Shown: positions 25,683 through 35,922, counted from the first letter of the stretch. The stretch: DNA of 38,097 nucleotides from Bacilli bacterium (GCA_050177775.1 JBFXGS010000003.1:1-38097); one strand, 5' to 3'. Program-made: numbers and translations. The notes: generated from the sequence alone by a model not told the origin.

Positions 25683-25702
25683 TTCATAATAAGGGGGATA
25701 AT

Positions 25703-26230
25703 ATGAAAACCGACAATCAATTAGTTAACGATCTTTACACTCACGACGAACAGGCTTTCCAAGAAATTTACACCAAGTATTACTGGTTGGTTTTTGATGT
25801 CATAAATAAGAAGGTTAAAAATTATGACCTCTCCAAAGAAATCACCCAGGATGCTTTTTTAAAGATGTGGAATAACATTTCGCAATACCAAAAAAATACC
25901 AACTTCAAAGCTTGGTTTCTAACAATCGCCAAAAACTTAGCCATCGATCAAATAAAAGAAATAACCACCCAACGATTACAATTGATTGTCGATGATGATT
26001 TAGTTAAAAACATCAGTAAGTTTGATGAAAAAATTCAAATTGAATTCCAAATCGATTTGAAGAAGATTTTAAACGAATTAGAATATAAAGTAATAGGAAT
26101 GACAACGATTTATCATTTGAAAAGACGCGAGGTCGCCGAAGCCTTAAATAAGCCCTTAGGAACTATCTTACGAGTCCACAATGAAGCTTCGAAAAAGATA
26201 AATCTTTTTTTAAAACAAAAAACCGAATAA
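25703..26230 (+). CDS. ECF-type sigma-70 factor
   Basis: DEQAFQEIY, EITQDAFLKMW, FKAWFLTIAKNLAID; region 4 REVAEALNKPLGTI. Confidence 0.88.
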   Translation: MKTDNQLVNDLYTHDEQAFQEIYTKYYWLVFDVINKKVKNYDLSKEITQDAFLKMWNNISQYQKNTNFKAWFLTIAKNLAIDQIKEITTQRLQLIVDDDLVKNISKFDEKIQIEFQIDLKKILNELEYKVIGMTTIYHLKRREVAEALNKPLGTILRVHNEASKKINLFLKQKTE

Positions 26231-26523
26231 AAAAAATTGACAAAAAACAGGTTTTTCAATGTTTTATAATTTTTTGAATAAAATTGACTAATTAATCGTT
26301 TTATTGATTGTAGGTCAAGTTTTTCAAACAAATGAAGATGTCAATTCCAATAATGAGAACTCTACATTTTTCTTTTCTTTTAACGGGATGCCTATATTAG
26401 AGGAAAGCAAACTTCTCAAAATCTTTTCTTTTTTCCAAAAAAACGCTTGATTTACGGGGGAAATAAATCAAGCCGTAATTGTTTTTTTTCTCCTTTTTGA
26501 CGAAAACTAATGATTACACCACT

Positions 26524-26555
26524 AAAAAACATATTGGCTTCCAATATGTTTTTTT
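26524..26555. terminator. Intrinsic (possibly bidirectional) terminator
   Basis: AAAAAACATATTGG-CTT-CCAATATGTTTTTT perfect stem. Confidence 0.78.
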
Positions 26556-26556
26556 C

Positions 26557-26585
26557 TTGTGAAATAAAACGAATTAAGATATAAT
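26557..26585 (+). promoter_or_regulatory. Sigma-A promoter for DMT operon
   Basis: TTGTGA-17 bp-TATAAT. Confidence 0.55.
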
Positions 26586-26610
26586 ACATATGATATGAAA
26601 TGGAATATGT

Positions 26611-27546
26611 ATGAAAAAGAAAAATAATGCTCTTGCTTTAGCTGCCGTTGCCACCATCATCGGGGCATCAGCTAACGCTTTATCCAAACTTGGTCTTGAA
26701 GGCTTTTCGCCCATTCCCATGGCAGTGCTTCGCCATTTTTTTACTGCTTTGTTCTTTATCGCTTTAGCCATATTTTCAAAAATTAAATTACCAAAGTTAA
26801 AAGATGTCCCGTGGTTTTTCTTAACGGGCTTTTCGGGATTTGCGATGTTTTCTTTGCTATTTAACCTTGGATTAGAGACGACCGATGTTTCCATGGCCAG
26901 TATCATTTTAGGCACGTTTCCCATTATGACAATAATCATTGCCGCGATTGCTTTTAAAGAAAAAATCGCTTTAGGTGGTTATTTAGCGGTCATCATTGAA
27001 TTTGCCGGTATTATTGTCTTGTTTGCAAATAAAGGCGCTTTTTCAGTTTCACTGGGAGCTTTATTAATTTTTCTTTCGGCTTTGATGCTGGCCATTTATA
27101 ATGTCACGCAAAAATATCTTTTAAAAAAGTACCGTCCCATTGAAATCATCACTTATAGCATCATGACGTGTTTGTTAATGATGTCAATGTATATTCCCCA
27201 AGCAGTATCAGAATTAATGGTGGCACCTCCCAAAGCTCTTTGGGCGGTCATCATTCTGGGGGTGGTTGCCAGCGGCGTTACCACTATTTTTTGGTCCATA
27301 GCCGTATCAAAGGCAAAGTCCGTTTCCACAATCACCAACTTTGCTTTCTTAACGCCTTTTTTAGCGATTCTTTATGGGCTATTGCTTGTTCCCGAACCAC
27401 TTTCTATTAAAACAATTATTGGGGGTTTAGTCATTGTCGGGGGTTCAATCATGTTCCAGTACTTTAATAATCGACAAACATTAAAACCATCCAATCAGCC
27501 CAAACAAGATGTAGTGGAGGTCAATGATGGTTCAAAAACTTTATAA
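26611..27546 (+). CDS. DMT/EamA family transporter
   Basis: About 10 TM segments in two EamA repeats; FSPIPMAVLR, FKEKI, LTPFLAI..LVPEPL. Confidence 0.88.
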   Translation: MKKKNNALALAAVATIIGASANALSKLGLEGFSPIPMAVLRHFFTALFFIALAIFSKIKLPKLKDVPWFFLTGFSGFAMFSLLFNLGLETTDVSMASIILGTFPIMTIIIAAIAFKEKIALGGYLAVIIEFAGIIVLFANKGAFSVSLGALLIFLSALMLAIYNVTQKYLLKKYRPIEIITYSIMTCLLMMSMYIPQAVSELMVAPPKALWAVIILGVVASGVTTIFWSIAVSKAKSVSTITNFAFLTPFLAILYGLLLVPEPLSIKTIIGGLVIVGGSIMFQYFNNRQTLKPSNQPKQDVVEVNDGSKTL

Positions 27547-28270
27547 AACACAACTAATTCTTTTTGTTTCTTACTTGTTGCTGACGATTTTCTTTTTAAT
27601 TGGTTTTCACAATTCCATGTATGATACTTTTTTACCAACCTGGCTTGGCGATATAATGATGCTTCTGGCCGCCATTTACTTTGTGGGGTGTGGGATTTTG
27701 ATTCCGATTGGTTGGACCATCATGATGGTATATCAATACCAAATGAAAGACATCATGGAAAAAGAAGCCTTTCCCCATCCGATTAAAGATTTTGTTTTTA
27801 AGCAGTTTTTTCCTTTAATGGTTCTTGGTTATTATTTAATTAATTTAGGGTACTTAGTCATTTTGAAAAAAGAATCATCACTTGATTTGGTTCATTTTTT
27901 AGCGGTGCTCTTGCTGATATTTAGTTTATATGTACAAGACCAAACTCCGAACAAAAGGAAGTGGACGGCCTTATTTGGATTAGGGTGTGGAGGGGTTGTC
28001 GTTTGGATGGTTGAATTAGTTGTCAGTCCTTACTTTAAGCAAGCCATGCTGGAACAGACAGAATTGATTTATGGGATGAGTTACCAAGTGATGTTTTATC
28101 TTATTTGGATTTTCACAATCGCCATCATCGGCTATGCAACAGTGGGATTTTTCTATATTCCCAGTCAAAAAAAATATCGTCATTTGCTGCTTTTGATTGT
28201 TTCGTTAATGATTGTTTTCTTAAACATTGTTCGTCAATTAGACATTTTTAGCCAACAGATGATTGGATAA
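27524..28270 (+). CDS. Hypothetical multi-pass membrane protein
   Basis: SD GGAGG; about 7 hydrophobic segments; overlaps the DMT stop; no recognised motif. Confidence 0.7.
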   Translation: MMVQKLYKTQLILFVSYLLLTIFFLIGFHNSMYDTFLPTWLGDIMMLLAAIYFVGCGILIPIGWTIMMVYQYQMKDIMEKEAFPHPIKDFVFKQFFPLMVLGYYLINLGYLVILKKESSLDLVHFLAVLLLIFSLYVQDQTPNKRKWTALFGLGCGGVVVWMVELVVSPYFKQAMLEQTELIYGMSYQVMFYLIWIFTIAIIGYATVGFFYIPSQKKYRHLLLLIVSLMIVFLNIVRQLDIFSQQMIG

Positions 28271-28278
28271 GGAGGAGT

Positions 28279-29211
28279 ATGAGAAAGTTTTTAGTTACTG
28301 GCGGAGCCGGTTTTATTGGCAACGAAATATGCCGTTTATTAATATCGTTGGGACATGAAGTCATTGCTTTTGATAATCTTTCCAGTGGCCACATCGAAAA
28401 CCTTAGTGATTTATATAACAATCCTAAGTTTAAATTCATAAAAGGCGATGTTACGAACTATCAACAATGTTTAGAAGCAAGTCGCAATGCTGATTATATC
28501 ATTCATCAAGCCGCGCTAGTCTCCGTACCAAGATCCATTGAGGAGCCGCTTTTAAATAATGAGATCAATGTGAAGGGTTTTGTTAATGTTTTAGAAGCAG
28601 CCAGAAGCAACCTTGTGAAAAAAGTTGTTTATGCCTCTTCATCGGCCGTCTACGGCGATAACACGGATGAAATAAAAGTTGAAGAGAGAACCGGATCGCT
28701 TCTTTCACCCTATGCTTTAAGTAAACAAGCCAACGAATGGTATGCGAAGCTATATACCAAATTATATAATCTTCCGACGACGGGACTTCGTTATTTTAAT
28801 GTTTATGGTCCGAAGCAAGACCCAAGCAGCGTTTATTCGGGTGTCATTTCCATCTTTTTTAAAAAAGCAAAAAACCATGAGGACTTCACCATTTTCGGTG
28901 ACGGATCGATTACTCGTGACTTTATCCATGTTGCGGATGTTGCCAAGGCCAATTTGCAAGCATGCCTCTTTGAAAACGCGAAAGGCGAAGTCTATAACAT
29001 CGGCACGGGACGATTTGTTTCCATTAAGGAACTTGCCAACTTAGTGATAAAAGTAACCAAGGCTCGTTCTAAAATTAATTATGAAAAAGCTCGTTTCGGA
29101 GATATCCAATATAGTTGTGCGAATGTGAATAAAGCTTTAAAACAACTGGGTTTCCAGGCGTCGATTACGCTTGAAGAAGGCTTAAAGCAAATGGTAAATC
29201 AAATAAAATAA
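28279..29211 (+). CDS. NAD-dependent UDP-(N-acetyl)hexosamine 4-epimerase (WbpP/TviC-like SDR)
   Basis: VTGGAGFIG, HQAALVSVPRSI, YASSSAVYG, SPYALSK (YxxxK), LRYFNVYGPKQDP. Confidence 0.88.
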   Translation: MRKFLVTGGAGFIGNEICRLLISLGHEVIAFDNLSSGHIENLSDLYNNPKFKFIKGDVTNYQQCLEASRNADYIIHQAALVSVPRSIEEPLLNNEINVKGFVNVLEAARSNLVKKVVYASSSAVYGDNTDEIKVEERTGSLLSPYALSKQANEWYAKLYTKLYNLPTTGLRYFNVYGPKQDPSSVYSGVISIFFKKAKNHEDFTIFGDGSITRDFIHVADVAKANLQACLFENAKGEVYNIGTGRFVSIKELANLVIKVTKARSKINYEKARFGDIQYSCANVNKALKQLGFQASITLEEGLKQMVNQIK

Positions 29212-29219
29212 GGTGATGG

Positions 29220-29248
29220 AAGTCTAGAAAAACTAGACTTTTTTCTTT
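29220..29248 (+). terminator. Intrinsic terminator
   Basis: AAGTCTAG-AAAAA-CTAGACTT followed by a T-run. Confidence 0.75.
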
Positions 29249-29283
29249 GCATTAAAAAGTCAGAGCGAAAAAGTATTTTTTTC

Positions 29284-29312
29284 TTGACATTAATGGTTTG
29301 TTTTGGTAACAT
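29284..29312 (+). promoter_or_regulatory. S10 operon promoter
   Basis: TTGACA-17 bp-TAACAT with TG extension. Confidence 0.7.
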
Positions 29313-29319
29313 ATGTAAG

Positions 29320-29445
29320 GCTTTTAGAGAGGCAAGGATATGCGAGGTTGCTGATACTCACGGTTGCGTTGCCAACACCGTAAAAATCAGGTAATTCGCA
29401 TGGAGCCAAGCTACATTTTAAATGGACGCAAAAGGAGGACCAAAA
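29320..29445 (+). promoter_or_regulatory. Structured S10 operon 5' leader
   Basis: Nested stems ATGCGA/TCGCAT, CTGAT/ATCAG, ACGGT/ACCGT; GAGGTTGCTGA and TTGCCA resemble Firmicute rpsJ leaders. Confidence 0.6.
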
Positions 29446-29751
29446 ATGGCAAAGCAAGCTTTAAGAATCAAATTAATTTCTTATGATCATCGATTGTTAG
29501 ATCAATCAGCAAAAAAAATTGTTGAAGCGGCTAAAAAAACGGGAGCAGTTGTTTCCGGACCGATTCCGCTACCAACAGAAAAAGAGGTATTCACAGTCAT
29601 TCGTTCACCTCACAAGTACAAAGATAGTCGTGAACAATTTGAAAGAAGAACTCACAAACGTTTAATCGACATCGTCGAAACAACTCCAAAAACTATGGAT
29701 GCATTAATTCATTTGGAGATACCGGCCGGTGTTGATATTATCCTAAAATAA
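29446..29751 (+). CDS. rpsJ: 30S ribosomal protein S10
   Basis: [20 protein letters not shown]; ATG after AGGAGG. Confidence 0.98.
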   Translation: MAKQALRIKLISYDHRLLDQSAKKIVEAAKKTGAVVSGPIPLPTEKEVFTVIRSPHKYKDSREQFERRTHKRLIDIVETTPKTMDALIHLEIPAGVDIILK

Positions 29752-29775
29752 TGAGTAAAGTAGGAGGTGAAACTC

Positions 29776-30435
29776 ATGGCCAAAGGAATCTTAGGTAAAA
29801 AAGTCGGAATGACACAAGTTTTCTCCACAGAAGGAACTTTAATCCCCGTAACAGTAGTTGAAGTAACCCCAAATGTGGTCTTACAAAAGAAAACAATTGA
29901 AACAGATGGTTATCAATCTGTGCAATTAGGTTATAGCGACAAGCCCCAAAGACTTGCCACTAAACCTGAAATCGGACATGCCTCAAAAGCAAATGCCAAC
30001 CCTAAGCGCTTCATTAAAGAAATCGCTGGGGAGGAAATGAATTTCTTTGAGGTAGGTCAAGAGGTAAAAGCAAATATATTCAAGGAAGGCGAGATTGTTG
30101 ATGTTACCGGAACCAGCAAAGGTAAAGGCTATTCTGGTGGTATTAAACGTCACAATTTCCAAAGAGGTCCTATGGCTCATGGTTCCGGATACCATCGTGG
30201 TATTGGTTCTATGGGTGAACGGACTGCCCTTCGCGTTAAAAAAGGCAAAAAGATGGCAGGACGTATGGGTGGTGAACAAGTTACTATCCAAAATTTAGAG
30301 ATTGTAAAAATCGATTTAGAAAAAAATGTTATGTTAATTAAAGGTAACGTTCCTGGAGCAAACCGTTCTTATGTTGTTGTCAGCAATGGCGTAAAAGCTC
30401 GTACTCCTGAAGTTAATCCTGAAGCATTAGCGTAA
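29776..30435 (+). CDS. rplC: 50S ribosomal protein L3
   Basis: [23 protein letters not shown]. Confidence 0.98.
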   Translation: MAKGILGKKVGMTQVFSTEGTLIPVTVVEVTPNVVLQKKTIETDGYQSVQLGYSDKPQRLATKPEIGHASKANANPKRFIKEIAGEEMNFFEVGQEVKANIFKEGEIVDVTGTSKGKGYSGGIKRHNFQRGPMAHGSGYHRGIGSMGERTALRVKKGKKMAGRMGGEQVTIQNLEIVKIDLEKNVMLIKGNVPGANRSYVVVSNGVKARTPEVNPEALA

Positions 30436-30449
30436 GAAGGGAGAAACAT

Positions 30450-31073
30450 ATGCCAAGTATCGTAGTACATAATCAATTAGGTGAAGAAGTTGGAAAAGTA
30501 AACCTAAACAAGAATGTTTTTGCCATTGAACCTAACATGCAAGCGGTATATGACGTTGTCAACGCCGAACGCGCTGCAATGCGACAAGGAACCAGCAAAA
30601 CCAAAGACCGTACCGAGGTTAGAGGTGGTGGACGAAAACCGTGGCGTCAAAAAGGAACTGGCCGTGCCCGTCAAGGAAGCATCCGTGCTCCTCAATGGCG
30701 TGGTGGCGGTGTCGTTTTTGGCCCAACTCCAAGAAAGTACAATGTGAAAGTCAATCGCAAAGTAATGCAATTGGCTGTCAAATCATTACTATCCGATCGT
30801 TTTAAAAACAAGAATATTATTGTTTTAGATAAAATTGAATTAGCAGATTTTCGAACAAAGAGTTTTGTTTCGGTTTTGGAAAGTTTAAAAATAGTTGGAA
30901 AAACGATTTTTATCACAACGGAAGAAGATTATAACCTATTTGTTGCCAGCCGAAACATTCCGAATGTCTATGTTCAAACCAAGCAACATTTAAGCGTATA
31001 CGATTTAATTAATGCCGACACCTATGTTGCGACCGAAGCCGCACTGAAAAAATATGAGGAGGATTTGAAATAA
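30450..31073 (+). CDS. rplD: 50S ribosomal protein L4
   Basis: RKPWRQKGTGRARQGSIR. Confidence 0.98.
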   Translation: MPSIVVHNQLGEEVGKVNLNKNVFAIEPNMQAVYDVVNAERAAMRQGTSKTKDRTEVRGGGRKPWRQKGTGRARQGSIRAPQWRGGGVVFGPTPRKYNVKVNRKVMQLAVKSLLSDRFKNKNIIVLDKIELADFRTKSFVSVLESLKIVGKTIFITTEEDYNLFVASRNIPNVYVQTKQHLSVYDLINADTYVATEAALKKYEEDLK

Positions 31074-31369
31074 TGAACCAATCAGGAAAAAATCCTTTTG
31101 AAGTTATTAAACGCCCACTTATTACGGAAAAAACAACTAAATTAGTTGAACAAGGAAAATACACATTTGAAGTGATGCAAGGGGTCAACAAGATTGAAGT
31201 TGCCAACGCCGTTGAACAAGCTTTTAAAGTTAATGTTGTTCAAGTAAACATCATTTCCGTTCGTAAAAAAGAACGCAAAGTTGGAAAATACAGTGGACTT
31301 CGTCCTGCTGTGCTAAAAGCGATTGTAACTTTGCAGAAAGGTCAGACTTTAGACGTTTTCGAAGTCTAA
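31073..31369 (+). CDS. rplW: 50S ribosomal protein L23
   Basis: IKRPLITEK, KAIVTL. Confidence 0.97.
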   Translation: MNQSGKNPFEVIKRPLITEKTTKLVEQGKYTFEVMQGVNKIEVANAVEQAFKVNVVQVNIISVRKKERKVGKYSGLRPAVLKAIVTLQKGQTLDVFEV

Positions 31370-31387
31370 TAGTTGGAGGAAAACATT

Positions 31388-32221
31388 ATGCCTATTAAAA
31401 AATATAATCCCACAACCAACGGACGTCGCGGCATGACCGTGCTTTCATTCCAAGAAATTACAACAACCACTCCAGAAAACAGTTTGGTTACTTCACTGTC
31501 AAAAAATGGTGGACGTAACAACATGGGACGCATTACCGTTCGTCATCAAGGTGGAGGCCACAAACGAAAATATCGCATTATTGACTTTAGACGCAATAAA
31601 GATGGTATTATCGGCCGTGTAGCAACCATCGAATACGATCCTAATCGTTCCGCAAACATCGCCTTAGTCAATTATGCTGATGGCGAAAAACGTTACATTC
31701 TGGCTCCTAAGGGCTTGAGCGTCGGAACAAAAGTAGTTTCTGGTAATGATGTTGATATTCTTGTTGGCAACAATATGCCACTTGGAAGAATTCCCGTTGG
31801 TACATTCATTCACAATATTGAATTGACCCCAGGACGCGGCGGACAATTAGTTCGCGCCGCCGGAACCAGTGCGCAGATTTTGGGACGTGAAGATAAATAT
31901 GTCATCATTCGTTTGACCAGTGGTGAAGTTCGTAAGATTTTAAGTGTTTGCCGTGCCACCATTGGCGAAGTCGGCAACTCCGATCATGAACTTGTCAACA
32001 TTGGCAAGGCCGGAAGAACTCGTTATTTAGGAGTTCGTCCAACGGTTCGCGGTTCCGCCATGAACCCTAACGATCACCCACATGGTGGTGGTGAAGGTCG
32101 TGCACCAATCGGTCGTAAAGCACCATTAACACCATGGGGCAAAAATGCCATGGGCGTTAAGACTCGTAACACCAAGAAAAAGTCTTCTAATTTAATTATT
32201 AGACGACGAGTAAGCAACTAG
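31388..32221 (+). CDS. rplB: 50S ribosomal protein L2
   Basis: [23 protein letters not shown]. Confidence 0.98.
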   Translation: MPIKKYNPTTNGRRGMTVLSFQEITTTTPENSLVTSLSKNGGRNNMGRITVRHQGGGHKRKYRIIDFRRNKDGIIGRVATIEYDPNRSANIALVNYADGEKRYILAPKGLSVGTKVVSGNDVDILVGNNMPLGRIPVGTFIHNIELTPGRGGQLVRAAGTSAQILGREDKYVIIRLTSGEVRKILSVCRATIGEVGNSDHELVNIGKAGRTRYLGVRPTVRGSAMNPNDHPHGGGEGRAPIGRKAPLTPWGKNAMGVKTRNTKKKSSNLIIRRRVSN

Positions 32222-32234
32222 GAGGAAATAATTT

Positions 32235-32513
32235 ATGGCACGTTCATTAAAAAAAGGCCCATTCTGCGATGATCATTTGATGAAAAAAGTTGTTGCACAA
32301 ACGTCAACAAGCAAAAAAGTCATTCAAACTTGGTCACGCCGTTCCACAATTTTCCCAGAATTCATCGGCTTAACAATTGGTGTATATAATGGGAAATCCC
32401 ATATTCCTGTTTATGTAACAGAAGATATGGTTGGACATAAATTAGGAGAATTCGCTCCGACGAGAACCTTCCGTGGACACGGAAAAGACAAAAAAGCAAC
32501 TGAAAGTAAATAA
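32235..32513 (+). CDS. rpsS: 30S ribosomal protein S19
   Basis: [19 protein letters not shown]. Confidence 0.98.
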   Translation: MARSLKKGPFCDDHLMKKVVAQTSTSKKVIQTWSRRSTIFPEFIGLTIGVYNGKSHIPVYVTEDMVGHKLGEFAPTRTFRGHGKDKKATESK

Positions 32514-32524
32514 GGAGGAAGAAA

Positions 32525-32860
32525 ATGGAAGCAAAAGCAATCGCCAAAACCGTTCGAATCGCTCCTCGTAAAGTTCGCTTAGTTGTTGATCTCGTACGAG
32601 GGAAAAAAGTTGCAGAAGCAACAGCGATATTACGCCTGACGCCAAGAGCGGCAAGTGTTGTGATCGAAAAAGTATTAAAATCGGCAACAGCTAACGCTGT
32701 TAATAATTACAAATTGGATCAAGCAAAGTTATTCGTTAAAGAAGCATATGTTAACGAAGGACCAACAATGAAACGATTTTTACCAAGAGCCAAAGGAAGT
32801 GCCGCGGCGATTTTAAAACGCACAAGCCACATTACCTTAGTTCTTGCCGAGAAAGCATAA
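32525..32860 (+). CDS. rplV: 50S ribosomal protein L22
   Basis: [17 protein letters not shown]. Confidence 0.98.
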   Translation: MEAKAIAKTVRIAPRKVRLVVDLVRGKKVAEATAILRLTPRAASVVIEKVLKSATANAVNNYKLDQAKLFVKEAYVNEGPTMKRFLPRAKGSAAAILKRTSHITLVLAEKA

Positions 32861-32871
32861 GGAGGAATCTC

Positions 32872-33528
32872 ATGGGACAAAAAGTTAATCCAATTGGCTT
32901 AAGAGTCGGAATCATTCGTGATTGGGATTCTAAATGGTTCGCTAGTAAATTAGAAGTACCAGCCTTATTGCATGAAGATTTAAAAATTCGTAAATACCTG
33001 AGCAATTTTTATAAAAAAGCTTATGTATCTAAAGTCGAAATTGAACGAACCAAAACCAAAATCATGTTAACGCTTTATACCGCTAAACCGGGTGTGGTTA
33101 TTGGACGTGAAGGCGCAACCAAAACTCAAGCTGTTGAAGAATTACAAAAATTAACTGGAAAAACGATTTTCCTAAGTGTTGTGGAAATCAAGAACCCGGA
33201 TTTAGATGCTGTCTTAGTTGCTCGCAATATTGCCGAACAACTTGAAAACCGCGCTTCATTCCGTCGTGTTCAAAAAATGGCTATTCAAAAAACCATGCGC
33301 GCTGGTGCGAAAGGCATTAAAACCAAAATTGCCGGACGCTTAGGCGGAGCCGAGATGGCTCGTGAAGAAGGCTATAGCGAAGGAACTGTTCCTCTGCATA
33401 CCCTTCGTGCGGATATTGACTATGCTGTTGACGAAGCAAAAACAACTTATGGAAAATTAGGTGTTAAGGTTTGGATCTGCTTGGGCGAAGTTTTACCCGA
33501 AAAGAAAAACAAGCAGGGGGATAAATAA
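32872..33528 (+). CDS. rpsC: 30S ribosomal protein S3
   Basis: [22 protein letters not shown]. Confidence 0.98.
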   Translation: MGQKVNPIGLRVGIIRDWDSKWFASKLEVPALLHEDLKIRKYLSNFYKKAYVSKVEIERTKTKIMLTLYTAKPGVVIGREGATKTQAVEELQKLTGKTIFLSVVEIKNPDLDAVLVARNIAEQLENRASFRRVQKMAIQKTMRAGAKGIKTKIAGRLGGAEMAREEGYSEGTVPLHTLRADIDYAVDEAKTTYGKLGVKVWICLGEVLPEKKNKQGDK

Positions 33529-33530
33529 TT

Positions 33531-33947
33531 ATGTTAATGCCTAAAAGAACAAAATTCCGTCGTCCTCATCGCGTTAGTTATGAAGGTAAAGCCAAAGGCG
33601 GAAAAGAAATAAGTTTCGGTGAATATGGCCTTCGCGCTGATATCGGAACATGGATTACTTCGCAACAAATCGAAGCGGCCCGTATTGCTATGACCCGTTA
33701 TATGAAACGTGCCGGTAATGTTTGGATCCGCATCTTCCCGCATATGGGTGTATCTCATAAACCACTTGAAGTCCGTATGGGTGGTGGTAAAGGTGCTCCC
33801 GATCACTATGTTGCGGTTGTAAAAAGAGGCACAATTATGTTTGAAGTTGGTGGCGTTGATGAAGCAACCGCACGTGAAGCCCTTCGTTTAGCATCACATA
33901 AACTTCCCATTACAACAAAAATCGTGTCAAAAGAAAGTGGTGAGTAA
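33531..33947 (+). CDS. rplP: 50S ribosomal protein L16
   Basis: [19 protein letters not shown]. Confidence 0.98.
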   Translation: MLMPKRTKFRRPHRVSYEGKAKGGKEISFGEYGLRADIGTWITSQQIEAARIAMTRYMKRAGNVWIRIFPHMGVSHKPLEVRMGGGKGAPDHYVAVVKRGTIMFEVGGVDEATAREALRLASHKLPITTKIVSKESGE

Positions 33948-33949
33948 TA

Positions 33950-34198
33950 ATGGCTAAAAAAGAGAAAAAAGCAGTCGTAGTTGAACAAACGGTTCGTGAA
34001 TCCGAAACTGCAAAGATTCGTAAAATGGATGAAGCCACTATTAATAAAAGTATCTTGGAATTAAAACAAGAATTATTCAATTTACGTTTTCAGGCCGCTG
34101 TCGGCAAGCTAGAAAATACAGCACAACTTGGTAAAACCAAAAAGCAAATTGCCCGCATGAAGACCGTTTTAACAGAACGTGCTAAGGCTTTGAGATAG
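33950..34198 (+). CDS. rpmC: 50S ribosomal protein L29 with N-terminal extension
   Basis: [21 protein letters not shown]; operon position. Confidence 0.95.
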   Translation: MAKKEKKAVVVEQTVRESETAKIRKMDEATINKSILELKQELFNLRFQAAVGKLENTAQLGKTKKQIARMKTVLTERAKALR

Positions 34199-34208
34199 GA
34201 GACAACAA

Positions 34209-34475
34209 ATGGAAACAGAAAAAAAGATTCACCGAGAATATATCGGAAAAGTTGTATCGGATAAAGAAGATAAAACTATTAAAGTGCTTTACACAACCTT
34301 TCACCGCCATCCTTTATATGGAAAACGCGTTGAAGTTTCGAAAAACTTAACGGCTCATGATGAAAAGAATGAAGCAAAAGTTGGCGACATCGTGCGCATT
34401 GTGGAAACAAGACCGATTTCAAAGACCAAACATTTCCGCTTGCTTGAAATTATCGAGCATGCTGAAAATGTCTAA
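34209..34475 (+). CDS. rpsQ: 30S ribosomal protein S17
   Basis: [22 protein letters not shown]. Confidence 0.97.
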   Translation: METEKKIHREYIGKVVSDKEDKTIKVLYTTFHRHPLYGKRVEVSKNLTAHDEKNEAKVGDIVRIVETRPISKTKHFRLLEIIEHAENV

Positions 34476-34486
34476 GGAGGAAAATC

Positions 34487-34855
34487 ATGATTCAACAGGA
34501 AACAAGATTAAAGGTCGCTGACAATTCCGGCGCCAAAGAAATTCTGACAATCAAGATTTTAGGAGGAACAACCCATCATTATGCTAATATTGGTGATGTG
34601 ATTGTGGCTGCTGTTAAATCCGCCACTCCTGGTAGTGCAGTCAAAAAAGGTGAAGTTGTAAAAGCAGTAATTGTTAGAACAAAATCAGGATTAAGAAGAA
34701 ATGATGGAACTTACATCAAGTTTGATGACAATGCCGCCGTTTTAATTCGTGAAGATAAAACCCCAAGAGGAACACGCATTTTTGGCCCCGTTGCTCGTGA
34801 ACTACGTGAAAGTGAGTTTATGAAAATTATTTCTCTAGCTCCTGAGGTTCTATAA
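34487..34855 (+). CDS. rplN: 50S ribosomal protein L14
   Basis: [27 protein letters not shown]. Confidence 0.98.
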   Translation: MIQQETRLKVADNSGAKEILTIKILGGTTHHYANIGDVIVAAVKSATPGSAVKKGEVVKAVIVRTKSGLRRNDGTYIKFDDNAAVLIREDKTPRGTRIFGPVARELRESEFMKIISLAPEVL

Positions 34856-34865
34856 GGAGGACCTC

Positions 34866-35177
34866 ATGAATATTAAAAAAGGCGATACCGTAAAAATTAT
34901 TGCAGGAAACAGTAAAGGCAAAACTGGAAAAGTTTTGAATGTATTTCCAAAAGAAAATAAAGTTGTGGTTGAAGGCATTGCAGTCGTTTCTCGCCACACC
35001 AAACCTTCAAATGCGCATCCCGATGGCGGAATTATTAAAAAGGAAGCCGCAATTGACGCTTCAAATGTGCAAATTTTTGATACAAAAGGTAATGTATCTT
35101 CCAAAATTGCTCACAAAGTCATTGATGGCAAAAAAGTAAGAGTCGCCAAAAAAACGGGCAACGCATTGGATAAGTAG
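34866..35177 (+). CDS. rplX: 50S ribosomal protein L24
   Basis: [27 protein letters not shown]. Confidence 0.97.
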   Translation: MNIKKGDTVKIIAGNSKGKTGKVLNVFPKENKVVVEGIAVVSRHTKPSNAHPDGGIIKKEAAIDASNVQIFDTKGNVSSKIAHKVIDGKKVRVAKKTGNALDK

Positions 35178-35187
35178 GAGGATGACG

Positions 35188-35727
35188 ATGAATCGAGTTC
35201 AAAAAGATTATATCGATAATATCAAACCAGCAATGATGAAAAAGTTTGGTTATACTTCGATTATGCAAGTTCCAAAACTTGAAAAAATTGTTGTTAACAT
35301 GGGTGTTGGTGAAGCCATCAACAATTCAAAATTGTTAGATGCTGCTGTCGAAGACTTAACAACTATTTCTGGTCAAAAGCCGATTATTACAAAATCAAAA
35401 AAAGCCATCGCTGCCTTCAAGCTTCGTGAAAATGTGGCAATTGGATGCAAAGTAACGCTTCGTGGCGAAAGAATGTATCATTTCTTTGATAAACTAATTT
35501 CGATTTCCTTGCCACGTGTGCGTGACTTCCGGGGTTTAAGTAAAGACTCCTTTGATGGAAGAGGCAATTATACCATTGGGGTTAAAGAACAACTAATATT
35601 CCCAGAAATCAACTACGATAAAGTGTTGAAAGTACGCGGAATGGACATTGTTATTGTTACCACTGCCAAAACTGATGAAGAAGGCAGAGAACTATTATCC
35701 CAACTTGGGATGCCTTTCAAGAAGTAA
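35188..35727 (+). CDS. rplE: 50S ribosomal protein L5
   Basis: [16 protein letters not shown]. Start is ATG 35182 or 35188. Confidence 0.97.
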   Translation: MNRVQKDYIDNIKPAMMKKFGYTSIMQVPKLEKIVVNMGVGEAINNSKLLDAAVEDLTTISGQKPIITKSKKAIAAFKLRENVAIGCKVTLRGERMYHFFDKLISISLPRVRDFRGLSKDSFDGRGNYTIGVKEQLIFPEINYDKVLKVRGMDIVIVTTAKTDEEGRELLSQLGMPFKK

Positions 35728-35736
35728 GGAGGATTT

Positions 35737-35922
35737 ATGGCAAAGAAATCAATCGTTTTTAGAAGTAAACAAAAACAAAAATTTGCGGTACGTGAATACA
35801 CTCGTTGTGAGCGTTGTGGTCGTCCACACTCCGTATATCGTAAATTTCAATTATGCCGCATTTGCTTTAGAGAATTAGCCAATAAGGGACAAATCCCTGG
35901 CGTTACTAAAGCGAGCTGGTAA
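35737..35922 (+). CDS. rpsN: 30S ribosomal protein S14, Zn-binding type Z
   Basis: [15 protein letters not shown]; 61 aa. Confidence 0.97.
   Translation: MAKKSIVFRSKQKQKFAVREYTRCERCGRPHSVYRKFQLCRICFRELANKGQIPGVTKASW

Noticed and set aside
26339-26366. CRISPR-repeat-like sequence GTCAATTCCAATAATGAGAACTCTAC
   Set aside because: Single copy, no spacers, no cas genes.
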